A stretch of DNA of 64,000 nt from Flavobacteriaceae bacterium (GTDB lineage: Bacteria; Bacteroidota; Bacteroidia; Flavobacteriales; Flavobacteriaceae): assembly GCA_947491985.1 (NCBI GenBank), contig CANLLR010000010.1:4920-68919 (forward strand), given 5' to 3'. Positions within the stretch are counted from its first letter, which is position 1; each line of letters starts with the position of its first letter. A model generated the notes under the pieces. That model saw only the letters and a program-made list of their open reading frames with translations. It made no database searches and was not told the DNA's origin. This document shows positions 19,376-29,088 of the stretch, in pieces. Made by a program: the position numbers and the translations under genes.

Positions 19376-19621
19376 TTATAGGTGTCCCGATCCTGAACGT
19401 TGATTGATGTAGTTTAACTGATGTTCAGCTACATAATTACGAAACCAAGTCAGTAAGGTATCGTAATATTTTTGAAGACTTTTGATAGTAACTTCCGGAC
19501 TAGCAGCGGTCGGAATGGTAATCGGCATTTCGTTGATATACTTTGATAATTCGGGATAATTTTCTTGAATTACCATAGTCAACTTCATGATTTTGGCGTT
19601 AATTTCTGCTTCTGTTTCCAT
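19376..19621 (-). CDS. Small hypothetical protein
   Basis: 81-aa ORF, YPELSKYINEMPITIP. Confidence 0.75.
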   Translation of the reverse strand: METEAEINAKIMKLTMVIQENYPELSKYINEMPITIPTAASPEVTIKSLQKYYDTLLTWFRNYVAEHQLNYINQRSGSGHL

Positions 19622-19650
19622 TTTATTTTCTTCTTATGAGATTTGTAAAA

Positions 19651-20247
19651 TTAAACATTAATACCAAAATGTTGTGTTAAATAATTATATACTTTTTCAG
19701 TGGGTAATCCGACAACATTGGTGTAGGATCCTTCAATTTTTGAAATACCAACTAATCCAATCCAATCCTGAATTCCGTATGCTCCTGCTTTGTCAAAAGG
19801 CTTGTAATTGTCGATATAATACCTAATAGCGGTTTCTGAAAGCGAGTTGAATGTTACTTTAGTTACTTCAAAAATGGTAGCTTTTGAACCGTGAGTAGAA
19901 AAGCAAACCGACGTTATGACTTCGTGTGTTGCGTTGGATAATTTTTTTAAAATGGCAACTGCATCCTCATAGTCTTTGGGTTTTCCTAAAGCTTGATCGT
20001 TGTGCCAAACGATGGTATCGCTGGTAATGAGCAGTTCGTTTTTTTGAAGATTGCCATCGAAGGCTTTGGCTTTTAATTCGGCTAAGTAATTTGTAATTTC
20101 TGATGCTTTAAGGTTGGGTGGATACACTTCTTCAATCTCTTTCAAACGAATTTCAATGTCCAAATCCAAATCTCTAAAAAACTGTTGACGACGAGGTGAA
20201 CCCGAAGCCAAAATGATTTTATATTCCTTTAATTTATCGCGTAGCAT
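19651..20247 (-). CDS. maf: Maf family nucleotide pyrophosphatase
   Basis: ILASGSPRR, SDTIV, DKAGAYGIQ, NVVGLP; start moved to ATG 20247. Confidence 0.92.
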   Translation of the reverse strand: MLRDKLKEYKIILASGSPRRQQFFRDLDLDIEIRLKEIEEVYPPNLKASEITNYLAELKAKAFDGNLQKNELLITSDTIVWHNDQALGKPKDYEDAVAILKKLSNATHEVITSVCFSTHGSKATIFEVTKVTFNSLSETAIRYYIDNYKPFDKAGAYGIQDWIGLVGISKIEGSYTNVVGLPTEKVYNYLTQHFGINV

Positions 20248-21166
20248 TGTAATTGATGTTAAAGTTAATGACCACAATAGAGAGTATTCCGAAGAAAATG
20301 ATCCATTTTAAAAAAGTACTCACTTGATGAAACTCCTTTTTTGTTTTTGCTGAAAACATTTGTATAATGCAAAGTAATAATGGAGCAATGATGAAAATCA
20401 ACCCATAAATTGTAGCGATGTATAAATTGTTTTCAAGTATGTTAGTATTCAAATAGTAGCACAAAATAAGTAAGGGTACAAAAAATAAACCTACCGCAAC
20501 TTTTGATGTTTTAGCCACACCGAGTACAATAGGTAAGGTCCGCATTCCTTGTTTATAATCACCTCCAAAATCTTCTAAATCCTTCACAATTTCACGTATA
20601 AAATTCAGAATAAAAGCAAAAACGGCGTAGTCTTTCAAAATAGAAAATAACAATGCCATTTTATCAGCATTGCCTTCATAGGTTGTTGGAAATAAATCGA
20701 AAAAGCCAATAATTAACACACTAAAACCTAATAAAGCTGCAACAACAATGTTTCCAAGAAGCAGCGTTTGTTTTAATGTTGTTGCATAAAAATAAAGCAA
20801 AGCCGCAATAAAAATAAAGATAGAAATGAAACCGGGTTTCTGAATCACATTGGATAAATACATGCCTACTGCAACACCAGCCAATGTGAGTCCTGCGTAT
20901 ATGTAATAGGCATTTCCTTCCGATATCGATTTTCCAACAATGACTTTATTCGGTTTATTATCGGTGTCGGTATCTTGATCAAAAATGTCATTAATAACAT
21001 AACCTCCTGCAGCAAGTAAGACTGTAGCAAGGACTAATAGTGCATATTGAAAATCACTTAACGACAACCAAATGTCTTGTTGTTTCAAAAAACCATAGCG
21101 AAAAACAAGTTGCATGAAGGCAAGAAGAAGTAGGTTTTGGAAGCGGATGAGTTTAAGGAAATTCAT
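20234..21166 (-). CDS. UbiA-family prenyltransferase (DGGGP synthase-like)
   Basis: INDIFDQDTD, REIVKDLEDFGGD, RTLPIVLG; multiple TMs. Confidence 0.85.
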   Translation of the reverse strand: MNFLKLIRFQNLLLLAFMQLVFRYGFLKQQDIWLSLSDFQYALLVLATVLLAAGGYVINDIFDQDTDTDNKPNKVIVGKSISEGNAYYIYAGLTLAGVAVGMYLSNVIQKPGFISIFIFIAALLYFYATTLKQTLLLGNIVVAALLGFSVLIIGFFDLFPTTYEGNADKMALLFSILKDYAVFAFILNFIREIVKDLEDFGGDYKQGMRTLPIVLGVAKTSKVAVGLFFVPLLILCYYLNTNILENNLYIATIYGLIFIIAPLLLCIIQMFSAKTKKEFHQVSTFLKWIIFFGILSIVVINFNINYNATR

Positions 21167-21187
21167 GTTCAGTGTTCAGTGTTCAGT
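21167..21187. repeat. (GTTCAGT)3 array, left arm of the four-helix-bundle cassette
   Basis: Perfect triple repeat abutting the UbiA start codon. Confidence 0.9.
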
Positions 21188-21204
21188 TTAATTTAGTTAA
21201 CAAT

Positions 21205-21582
21205 TTACGAATTAGTAGAATTTACTCCAAATTTTTGTGGATTTTGTATCATATAATTTATGAGTTTTCCGACTTCAATAGAGTCTTGAATTAGTTCATT
21301 AAAAATTACTTCATTTATATATTCACAACTTTTTGCAAATTCAAGCCATACTTGTGTTTCAGAATTTTCTGCATCAGAATCTGTTAATTTACTGTGAAAA
21401 TGTTTTGGATAATCTCTTTTTCTATATGATTCAGCTATATTGGCAGAAACACTTCTCGAAGATCTTCTAATTTGGTCAGTTAAAGAGTAAGTTTCTTCTT
21501 TCGGAAAAATTTTGGATAATTCATATAATTTCATTGCTAAAGTAAATGAGTTTTGATAGGCTAATAAATCTTGAAATTTCAT
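21205..21582 (-). CDS. Four helix bundle protein (23S rRNA IVS protein family)
   Basis: FQDLLAYQ, FPKEETYSLTDQIRRSSRSVSANIAE, ENSETQVWL. Confidence 0.92.
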   Translation of the reverse strand: MKFQDLLAYQNSFTLAMKLYELSKIFPKEETYSLTDQIRRSSRSVSANIAESYRKRDYPKHFHSKLTDSDAENSETQVWLEFAKSCEYINEVIFNELIQDSIEVGKLINYMIQNPQKFGVNSTNS

Positions 21583-21608
21583 TTTATAAAAATATTTGTA
21601 TGGTGTCG

Positions 21609-21639
21609 ACTGTTAACTGAATACTGATTACTGAACACT
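21609..21639. repeat. ACTGAAC-type heptamer array, right arm (inverted relative to 21167-21187)
   Basis: ACTGTTA-ACTGAAT-ACTGATT-ACTGAAC-ACT, ending 1 bp from the kdsC stop. Confidence 0.85.
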
Positions 21640-21640
21640 T

Positions 21641-22168
21641 CTAATCAAACTTTCCGTTATAATATAAATGCCATTTTCCTTGTACTTTCATGACTTGTTC
21701 AATGACATCTCGAACTGCTCCTTTACCGCCATTGACGTGTGAAATGTAAGTCGAAATGGCTTTAATTTCGGGAGCAGCATCTTGTGGACACGTTGGTAAT
21801 CCAACAAGTTGCATCACGTGAAAATCGGGAATATCATCGCCCATATACAATACGTTTTCTGCTTTTATTTGATACAATTCTATGTATTCTTTAAAAGTAG
21901 CCACTTTATCAGATGACGCCATGTGAATATTGGTAATGCCTAAATTGCGTAGGCGAATCCGAACGCCTTCATTGCTTCCGCCCGAAATGATGCATACGTT
22001 GTAACCACTTTCTAAAGCAGCTTTCATTGCAAATCCGTCGCGAATGTGCATTTCACGTAACATTTCTCCAGTTGGAGACACATGCACTGTTCCGTCTGTG
22101 AGCACGCCATCAATATCGAAAATGAAGGTGTCTATGGTATTCATTAGTTCTTTATAACTTTTAGCCAT
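21641..22168 (-). CDS. kdsC: KdsC/YrbI family HAD phosphatase
   Basis: FDIDGVLTDG, RDG, YMGDDIPD, GGKGAVRDVIE. Confidence 0.85.
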   Translation of the reverse strand: MAKSYKELMNTIDTFIFDIDGVLTDGTVHVSPTGEMLREMHIRDGFAMKAALESGYNVCIISGGSNEGVRIRLRNLGITNIHMASSDKVATFKEYIELYQIKAENVLYMGDDIPDFHVMQLVGLPTCPQDAAPEIKAISTYISHVNGGKGAVRDVIEQVMKVQGKWHLYYNGKFD

Positions 22169-22913
22169 TATCAATTATAGATTTGGTGAGTAATTTGTAT
22201 ATCGCAATTTTATTTTCATCGGTTAAAAACTGTAAATGTGTATTTAATGTTTGGGTGTCCTGCCTTTTTGCTGGACCTGTTTGTGCTTCTTTTGGAGAAA
22301 GTTCCATCACTTTATTGGCCGTTTCTTTAATTAATGGTTTTAATAACTCAAAAGAGATTTTGTTTTCGTGACAAATTTCATTTCCAATTTGGTATAAATG
22401 ATTGGTAAAATTATTGACAAAAACGGCTGCTATGTGAAGAGCTCTTCGTTGCTCGGAATTTATTTTATAGACGCTATTTGAAATAGAAAAAGCAATGATA
22501 TCGAGCACTTTATAAAGGGTTTCTTGCTCAATTTCAATGCCTATTGGAACCGTTGCAAAATCAACTTTTTTTGTTTTAGAAAAGGTTTGCACCGGATAGA
22601 ATGAACCTCTGGTGTTTTTTGCATCCAAGTCGCTAATGGCAATACTTCCAGAAGTATGTAAAACTACTTTATTTGAAAACGGAATTTTCGTAGAAACTTC
22701 CACTACAGCATTGTCAGAAACCGCAATGATGTATAACGAAACTTCTTTCAAACTAGCATAGTCAGAGGTAATTTTACTGCTTGGCATCAAATGTGAAACC
22801 GCATCTTTATTACGAGCAAAGATTTGAACTATTTTCACTTTTTTGCTTTTTTTGAAAGCTTTGATCAAATGTTGGGCAACATTTCCGGAACCAATAATGA
22901 CGATTTCTAACAT
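22161..22913 (-). CDS. Rossmann-like and DUF2520 domain protein
   Basis: IIGSGNVA, AVSD, HTSGS, FYPVQTF, QTGPA. Confidence 0.88.
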   Translation of the reverse strand: MLEIVIIGSGNVAQHLIKAFKKSKKVKIVQIFARNKDAVSHLMPSSKITSDYASLKEVSLYIIAVSDNAVVEVSTKIPFSNKVVLHTSGSIAISDLDAKNTRGSFYPVQTFSKTKKVDFATVPIGIEIEQETLYKVLDIIAFSISNSVYKINSEQRRALHIAAVFVNNFTNHLYQIGNEICHENKISFELLKPLIKETANKVMELSPKEAQTGPAKRQDTQTLNTHLQFLTDENKIAIYKLLTKSIIDNG

Positions 22914-23070
22914 GGGGCTAAATTATTCATTTTTTTTCAATAAAAATAGTTCAAACGTGTCATAAAAAACCCTTAAATGAGTTACAAATATCTAAAATAA
23001 TCAACATTTTTGATTTACTTTTGTACTCCCGAAATTCGGATTTTACAAAAAAACGGTCCACTTTATTATC

Positions 23071-26000
23071 ATGGAAAAATTAAAATCGATTTTATTCTCA
23101 ACGCGTTTAATGGCCATTTTGTTTTTAACGTATGCTGTTGCCATGGCTGCCGGAACATTTATAGAGAGTAAGTACAATACCGAAACTGCCCGAATTATGG
23201 TGTACAATGCGTGGTGGTTTGAAGCCATTCATGTGTTTTTCATGATTAATTTTATTGGAAATATTAAACGTTATCAATTGCTTAAAAAAGAAAAATGGGC
23301 GACACTATTATTGCATTTGTCGTTCATTTTTATTTTACTCGGCGCTTTCATTACACGTTATATCAGTCATGAAGGGATGATGCCTATTCGTGAAGGTTCG
23401 ATTTCAAACGTATTTTATTCAGATAAAAATTTCTTGACCATTTTTGTTGACGGTCAATATGAAGGCGGTATGAAACGCAAAACGATTGAAAAACCATTAT
23501 TACTCTCGCCTGCTACCAATAACAACTTTTCAATCAACGATAAATTTGCTCAAACTTCTTTTGAAATCGAATACAAAGATTTCATTATGGATGCCAAAGA
23601 AACTATAAAAGCCGATCCAAAAGGAAAACTGTATTTAAAAATGGTCGAGTCAGGCGATGGATCGCGTCATGAGCATTTTTTAAAAGAAGGCGAAGTGCAA
23701 AACATTCACAATGTTTTATTTGCATTAAACGTTGAGACAAAGGGTGCCATTAATATCAATACAATAGAGAACGAAGCTACTATTTCGGCTCCCTTTGACG
23801 GTCAGTTCATGCGAATGGCAGATAAAATGCAGGGAAAAGTTGTCAAAGACAGCTTGCAAAAATTAATGTATCGTTCGCTATACAATGTTGCCGGAAGCCA
23901 ATTTGTTTTCCCGGATCAACCGGTAAAAGGAGTAGTCGATTTTGTATCGAATAACGATTATAAGAACAAAAAAGCAGATAACATTTTAGTGTTAAAAATC
24001 ACTTCAAACGGAGTCGAAAAAGAAGTCAATTTGACAAGTTCTAAAGGCGTTCAAAGTCAACCGACTAGTGTTAAAGTAGGCGATTTGGATTTTACATTAT
24101 TTTATGGAAGTAAATCGTATTTCTTACCTTTTAATGTAAAATTGAATGATTTTATTGCCAACAAATATCCTGGAACAGAAAACAGTTATTCGTCGTACGA
24201 AAGTAAAGTTACTATTTTGGATGGCGACACCAAATTTGACGCTCAAATTTATATGAATCATATTTTAGACCATAAAGGATTTCGTTTTTTTCAAGCCTCT
24301 TTTGATAAGGATGAAAAAGGAACCGTGCTGTCAGTTAACCATGACTTTTGGGGAACTTTAATCACTTACATTGGTTACTTTATGTTGTTTTTTGCTATGA
24401 TGGCGATTTTATTTACCAAACATTCACGTTTTGCAGACATCAAACGAAAATTGGAAGTTGTAAAAACTAAAAAAGCAAAATTACTTTCGATAGCGATGCT
24501 TTTATTTTCGTTGACCGGATTTTCCCAAAATCATACACAACAGCACCAGCAGCAAAAGTTTAATTTTTTAGATTCGATATTAAAATACAAAGTTTCAGAA
24601 AAACATGCTTCTCAGTTTGGTCGTTTGGTCATTCAAGATGAAGGCGGACGTATGAAACCCATCAATACGTTTTCATCAGAATTATTGCGAAAAGTAAGTC
24701 ACAGCAACACGTTTAACGGAATGAATTCGGATCAAGCGTTTTTGTCTATGACGCAATTTCCAACAGCATGGTTTGAAGTGCCATTGATTTATATTAAAAA
24801 AGGGAATGACAGTATTCGTAAAATTATTGGTATCAAACCTGAAGAAAAGTATGCGCCTTTCAGAGCTTTTTTTGATGATATGGGGAATTATAAATTATCG
24901 CCCTATTTAGATGATGCTTACAAAGCTGCTAATCCTAATAATTTTGAAAAAGATTTTGTAGAAACCGACAAAAAAATAAATTTACTTAATGCTGCACTGA
25001 GCGGAAAAATTTTAAGGATTTTCCCTATTGTTAAAGACAAAAACAATAAATGGGTTTCGTATTTAGAAGTTAATCATTCCACAGGAACAGCTCTCGATAC
25101 TATAAAGAACGCTTTACCTATTTACCGTGAAGCATTAGTAAAAGCGTCACAAGATAATGATTATACGTATGCCAACACATTTTTGGTTGGAATGGAAAAC
25201 TATCAAAAAAAGTTTGGCCCTTCGGTTCGCCCTTCGGATGATAAAATCGACTCTGAAGTTTTATATAATAAATATGATGTTTTTCAGAAGCTACCTTATC
25301 TTTATATAGCTGCTGCAATTATTATGTTATTGTTTACCATTTTGGCTATTTTTAAAGAAAGGAAAATTTACACCTTTGCTATAAATGCAATGCATATTTT
25401 TATTGGGCTATTGTTTGTAATTCACACTTTAGCGTTAATAGTTCGCTGGTATATTGCTGGTCATGCGCCATGGAGTAATGCCTATGAAAGCATCATTTAT
25501 ATTGCTTGGGCAACGATGTTTTTTGGACTCGCTTTTGATGTAAAATCCAAGTTAACTGTAGCATCATCTTCTTTTGTTACGGCAATGATTTTAGCTGCTG
25601 CATATGCTAACTGGATTGATCCCGAAATTGGAAACTTACAACCTGTTCTTAATTCGTATTGGTTGATGATTCACGTAGCCGTTATTGTTGCTAGTTACGG
25701 TCCGTTTGCGTTGGGAATGATTTTGGGATTGGTTTCGCTGATTCTCATTCTTTTCACCAATACAAAGAACAAAGAGAAAATGGATTTGAACATTACAGAA
25801 ATTACGTATATCAACGAAATGGCTTTGACTATTGGTTTGGTGATGTTGACTATTGGAAATTTTCTTGGTGGTCAATGGGCGAATGAAAGTTGGGGACGTT
25901 ATTGGGGTTGGGATCCAAAAGAAACTTGGGCTTTGATTAGTATTATGGTCTATGCGTTTGTAATTCACGCTCGCTTTGTTCCTGCTTTGCGTGGTAAATG

Positions 26001-26199
26001 GGTTTTTAACGTAATGAGTATGTTTGCCTTTTTATCGATTTTGTTTACCTATTATGGTGTAAATTTTCACTTAGTAGGATTGCATTCTTATGCTAGCGGT
26101 GAAGCGAAATCGTTGAGTTGGATTTGGTATTCAATTGCAGCCATTACTTTAATAGCAATCATTACCTATCCAAAATATAAAAAGTACTACAAGAAATAA
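23071..26199 (+). CDS. ccsA: Fused cytochrome c biogenesis protein CcsBA (system II)
   Basis: ResB-like N-terminal part; WWD-type motif WANESWGRYWGWDPKETW, GLHSYA. Confidence 0.92.
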   Translation: MEKLKSILFSTRLMAILFLTYAVAMAAGTFIESKYNTETARIMVYNAWWFEAIHVFFMINFIGNIKRYQLLKKEKWATLLLHLSFIFILLGAFITRYISHEGMMPIREGSISNVFYSDKNFLTIFVDGQYEGGMKRKTIEKPLLLSPATNNNFSINDKFAQTSFEIEYKDFIMDAKETIKADPKGKLYLKMVESGDGSRHEHFLKEGEVQNIHNVLFALNVETKGAININTIENEATISAPFDGQFMRMADKMQGKVVKDSLQKLMYRSLYNVAGSQFVFPDQPVKGVVDFVSNNDYKNKKADNILVLKITSNGVEKEVNLTSSKGVQSQPTSVKVGDLDFTLFYGSKSYFLPFNVKLNDFIANKYPGTENSYSSYESKVTILDGDTKFDAQIYMNHILDHKGFRFFQASFDKDEKGTVLSVNHDFWGTLITYIGYFMLFFAMMAILFTKHSRFADIKRKLEVVKTKKAKLLSIAMLLFSLTGFSQNHTQQHQQQKFNFLDSILKYKVSEKHASQFGRLVIQDEGGRMKPINTFSSELLRKVSHSNTFNGMNSDQAFLSMTQFPTAWFEVPLIYIKKGNDSIRKIIGIKPEEKYAPFRAFFDDMGNYKLSPYLDDAYKAANPNNFEKDFVETDKKINLLNAALSGKILRIFPIVKDKNNKWVSYLEVNHSTGTALDTIKNALPIYREALVKASQDNDYTYANTFLVGMENYQKKFGPSVRPSDDKIDSEVLYNKYDVFQKLPYLYIAAAIIMLLFTILAIFKERKIYTFAINAMHIFIGLLFVIHTLALIVRWYIAGHAPWSNAYESIIYIAWATMFFGLAFDVKSKLTVASSSFVTAMILAAAYANWIDPEIGNLQPVLNSYWLMIHVAVIVASYGPFALGMILGLVSLILILFTNTKNKEKMDLNITEITYINEMALTIGLVMLTIGNFLGGQWANESWGRYWGWDPKETWALISIMVYAFVIHARFVPALRGKWVFNVMSMFAFLSILFTYYGVNFHLVGLHSYASGEAKSLSWIWYSIAAITLIAIITYPKYKKYYKK

Positions 26200-26202
26200 A
26201 TT

Positions 26203-26232
26203 AAAAAGGTGCCACAAATGGGCACCTTTTTT
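26203..26232. terminator. Bidirectional terminator
   Basis: AAAAAGGTGCC...GGCACCTTTTTT. Confidence 0.85.
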
Positions 26233-26255
26233 TAAACATTTTGAGTTTATATAGT

Positions 26256-27044
26256 TTACACTTTTCCTAAAGTGTACAACTGTTCCATAGTAGGCGAGGC
26301 ACTTCCGCCAGCTGGTTCTAATGTAATTCCGAAGGCTTCAGCATTACCAGTTGAACTCACAGCAAAGATTTTATTTTCATCCGCTTTGAAACCGTCTAAT
26401 AAACCGATACTAGTTGGTGTTAAGGTTGGACTCAATTTTAGTGACCACACTTGATAAACCATGCCTTCAGGTGGTTCTGGTAAACCAGCAGCATCAACAT
26501 AAACAGCTTGTGTTTCTTTGTTCCAGTATATTTTAGCATACGATGTTGGCGCTACGGCTTGTCCACCAAGTGTTACAGTTGTAGTTTTAGTATCGCGAAT
26601 GATATTCAAAATTTCTTTTGTCTCCTTCATTTTACTTTCTGATGCTGCCACTGCTTCGTTTAACTTTTGTTTCTCTTTTTCAACAGTCACTATTTTATTT
26701 CCAATAGCAGTTTTTTGGTTGTATTGATATCCAATTCCGATTAATAAGGCAATCGATGCTGCCCATCCAAGGTATTGAGAAAGTGATGATTTCGGTTTCA
26801 TAGTAATAACTGTTCCTTCTTTTATACCAATTTTCACTTTTGTTTTCTCATACACTTCCAAAGAAATGTTTGGAGCGAAACTACTCGATAATTGTAATAT
26901 GCTTTTCTCAATAGAGAGAATTTCGTCTTGTATCGCAGCATCTTTTTTAGATAAATCTGCTAGTTGTTTGGTTTCGTCTTCGTTTAAAATTCCGAAAACG
27001 TAAAGTTCCAAATCTCCTGAATTTATTATATCTGAGGCACTCAT
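26256..27044 (-). CDS. Anti-sigma factor (RskA-like)
   Basis: SGDLELYV, one TM, LPEPPEGMVYQVW, FGITLEPAGGS..PT. Confidence 0.9.
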   Translation of the reverse strand: MSASDIINSGDLELYVFGILNEDETKQLADLSKKDAAIQDEILSIEKSILQLSSSFAPNISLEVYEKTKVKIGIKEGTVITMKPKSSLSQYLGWAASIALLIGIGYQYNQKTAIGNKIVTVEKEKQKLNEAVAASESKMKETKEILNIIRDTKTTTVTLGGQAVAPTSYAKIYWNKETQAVYVDAAGLPEPPEGMVYQVWSLKLSPTLTPTSIGLLDGFKADENKIFAVSSTGNAEAFGITLEPAGGSASPTMEQLYTLGKV

Positions 27045-27574
27045 TATATTTTTAAATAAGTTCTTAAATCGTTAATACAATTTCTATTTTGTGTTTTTAC
27101 AGTCCCAAGCGGTATCTCGAGTTCATCAGAAGCTTCTTGTTGTGTATATCCTTGAAAGAATAATAATTCGATCAATTGGATGCATTTTGGTTTTAACTTC
27201 TTCACGAATTCTTGAATTCCAATAGTATCGATCCTATTGATTAACTTGTTATTGTCTTCCAAAAGATGTACGAAATTATCAGAGGATAGGTTTTTCTGAC
27301 TGTTGTTGTAACCTTTCGAACGGAGCTTGTCAATAGCTGCATTACGAGCTATATTTACTATCCATGTGTAAAATCGTCCTTTGCTCTCAGAATAACTATC
27401 AATGCTTTTCCATATTTTAACAAATACTTCTTGCAAAACGTCTTCTGCATCTTCGGTCTCTTTTAATAGATTGGAAATCACTGAAAACAAACTTTTCGAA
27501 TACATATCATACATGTTTGTAAAGGCACGTTCATCCTTTTTGAGGATTAACGCAATTAATTCTTCTTGATTCAT
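27044..27574 (-). CDS. ECF RNA polymerase sigma factor (SigK-like)
   Basis: AEDVLQEVFVKIW, TWIVNIARN, IPLGTVKT. Confidence 0.92.
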   Translation of the reverse strand: MNQEELIALILKKDERAFTNMYDMYSKSLFSVISNLLKETEDAEDVLQEVFVKIWKSIDSYSESKGRFYTWIVNIARNAAIDKLRSKGYNNSQKNLSSDNFVHLLEDNNKLINRIDTIGIQEFVKKLKPKCIQLIELLFFQGYTQQEASDELEIPLGTVKTQNRNCINDLRTYLKI

Positions 27575-27864
27575 TGTTTTTGTTTTTGTTACAAGTATTT
27601 ACGACAGAAAATATATTTTGGATTTATAAATGTAAAATAATTATAACGGATTGATGTTTGATGAATCTTATTTTTTAAAACCATAAGTTGTACTTACTCG
27701 TAAATGATTATGGGTTATACAAAATTGTGTTCCATAGAGATTTGTTTTGTTTGTTGTTTAAAAGCTCAATGTATTTTTTGCATTGGGCTTTTATTTTAGT
27801 GTTAATAATTTATGAATTATAAGTGATATTGTTATTTTTGTATTATAATTGTAAAAAAAAAACC

Positions 27865-28449
27865 ATGAAAAAAAATAGTGTAATTATTTTAAGTATTCTT
27901 TTCTTAGTAAGTTTATATTCCAATGCACAATTGAGAGCTCTTTCCAATAAGGATAATGGTAAAGGCGAAGCATCAAATTTATACAGTTACAAAGTACAAG
28001 ATATAGAGGGTAAAGAATTTTCGTTTAAAAGTTTGAAAGGGAAAAAAATTCTAATTGTAAATACAGCATCTAACTGTGGATACACCAAACAATATAAAGA
28101 ATTAGAAGAGTTGTATACCAAATACAAAAAAGAAGATTTTGTAATTGTTGGATTTCCAGCTAATAATTTTGGTAATCAAGAACCCGGAACAAACAAAGAA
28201 ATTATGCGGTTTTGTACTAAAAATTACGGTGTAACATTTCCGATGATGGAAAAGGTATCAGTAGAAGGAAAAGACATGTGTGAATTGTATCAGTTTTTGA
28301 CTCAAAAAAGTGCAAACGGTTTGATGGACTCTAAAGTACAATGGAACTTTCAAAAGTATTTAATTAATGAAGAAGGCAAATTGGTAGCTGTTTTTCCATC
28401 AAAGGTTTCACCAATGAGTGATGAAATTGTCAATGCGATAAAAAGATAG
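27865..28449 (+). CDS. Exported glutathione peroxidase (Cys-type)
   Basis: NTASNCGYT, GFPANNFGNQEPG, WNFQKYL; signal peptide from ATG 27865. Confidence 0.92.
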   Translation: MKKNSVIILSILFLVSLYSNAQLRALSNKDNGKGEASNLYSYKVQDIEGKEFSFKSLKGKKILIVNTASNCGYTKQYKELEELYTKYKKEDFVIVGFPANNFGNQEPGTNKEIMRFCTKNYGVTFPMMEKVSVEGKDMCELYQFLTQKSANGLMDSKVQWNFQKYLINEEGKLVAVFPSKVSPMSDEIVNAIKR

Positions 28450-28496
28450 TAGAGGCTTTAAAAATGTAAATGCGGTTTCCAATGGGAGCCGCTTTT

Positions 28497-28991
28497 TTAT
28501 AACATTTTTTGTACAAATACGCTGTGCAACCAACGGTCAAACTTGAACCCCGTTTCTTTAACAATACCTACAACTTCAAAACCAAATTTTTTATGAAAAG
28601 CAATGCTGCTCTCATTCTCAGCATCAATGACGCCTATCATAGTATGCAATTGCTGAGCTTTTGCTAAAGCGATAAGTTCTTGTAAAAGTAATTTTCCAAT
28701 GCCTTTTCCAATGTATTGGTGTGAAGCATACACTGAATGTTCTACCGTAAATTTATAAGCTTCCCGAAAACGGAACTCACTATAAAACCCAAAACCCACT
28801 ACATTTTCGTCTGCAACTGCAACAATAATAGGAAAACCTTTTGCCAATTTATCTTCAAAGATTGCAATTTGATTGGATAAAGTTCTTTGCTGGTAATCGT
28901 ATAAAGCCGTTGAAGTCAGAATTGCGTGATTGATAATTTCTAAAATTGCGGGAGTATCGTTTTCATGATACGGTCTGATTTTTATTTCCAT
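28497..28991 (-). CDS. GNAT N-acetyltransferase (Pat/YncA-like)
   Basis: FRFREAYKFTVEHSVY, GKGIG, GFKFDRWL. Confidence 0.9.
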   Translation of the reverse strand: MEIKIRPYHENDTPAILEIINHAILTSTALYDYQQRTLSNQIAIFEDKLAKGFPIIVAVADENVVGFGFYSEFRFREAYKFTVEHSVYASHQYIGKGIGKLLLQELIALAKAQQLHTMIGVIDAENESSIAFHKKFGFEVVGIVKETGFKFDRWLHSVFVQKML

Positions 28992-29088
28992 ACTTCAAAA
29001 ATAATGTTTCTACATCACTTAAAAAAATGGTAAAAGCAAAATTATTACTGTACAACTTTGTAACTTTGTAGTTCAGAAAACACAACGA

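Noticed and set aside
27865..28449. Selenocysteine in glutathione peroxidase
   Set aside because: The active-site codon is TGT (Cys).
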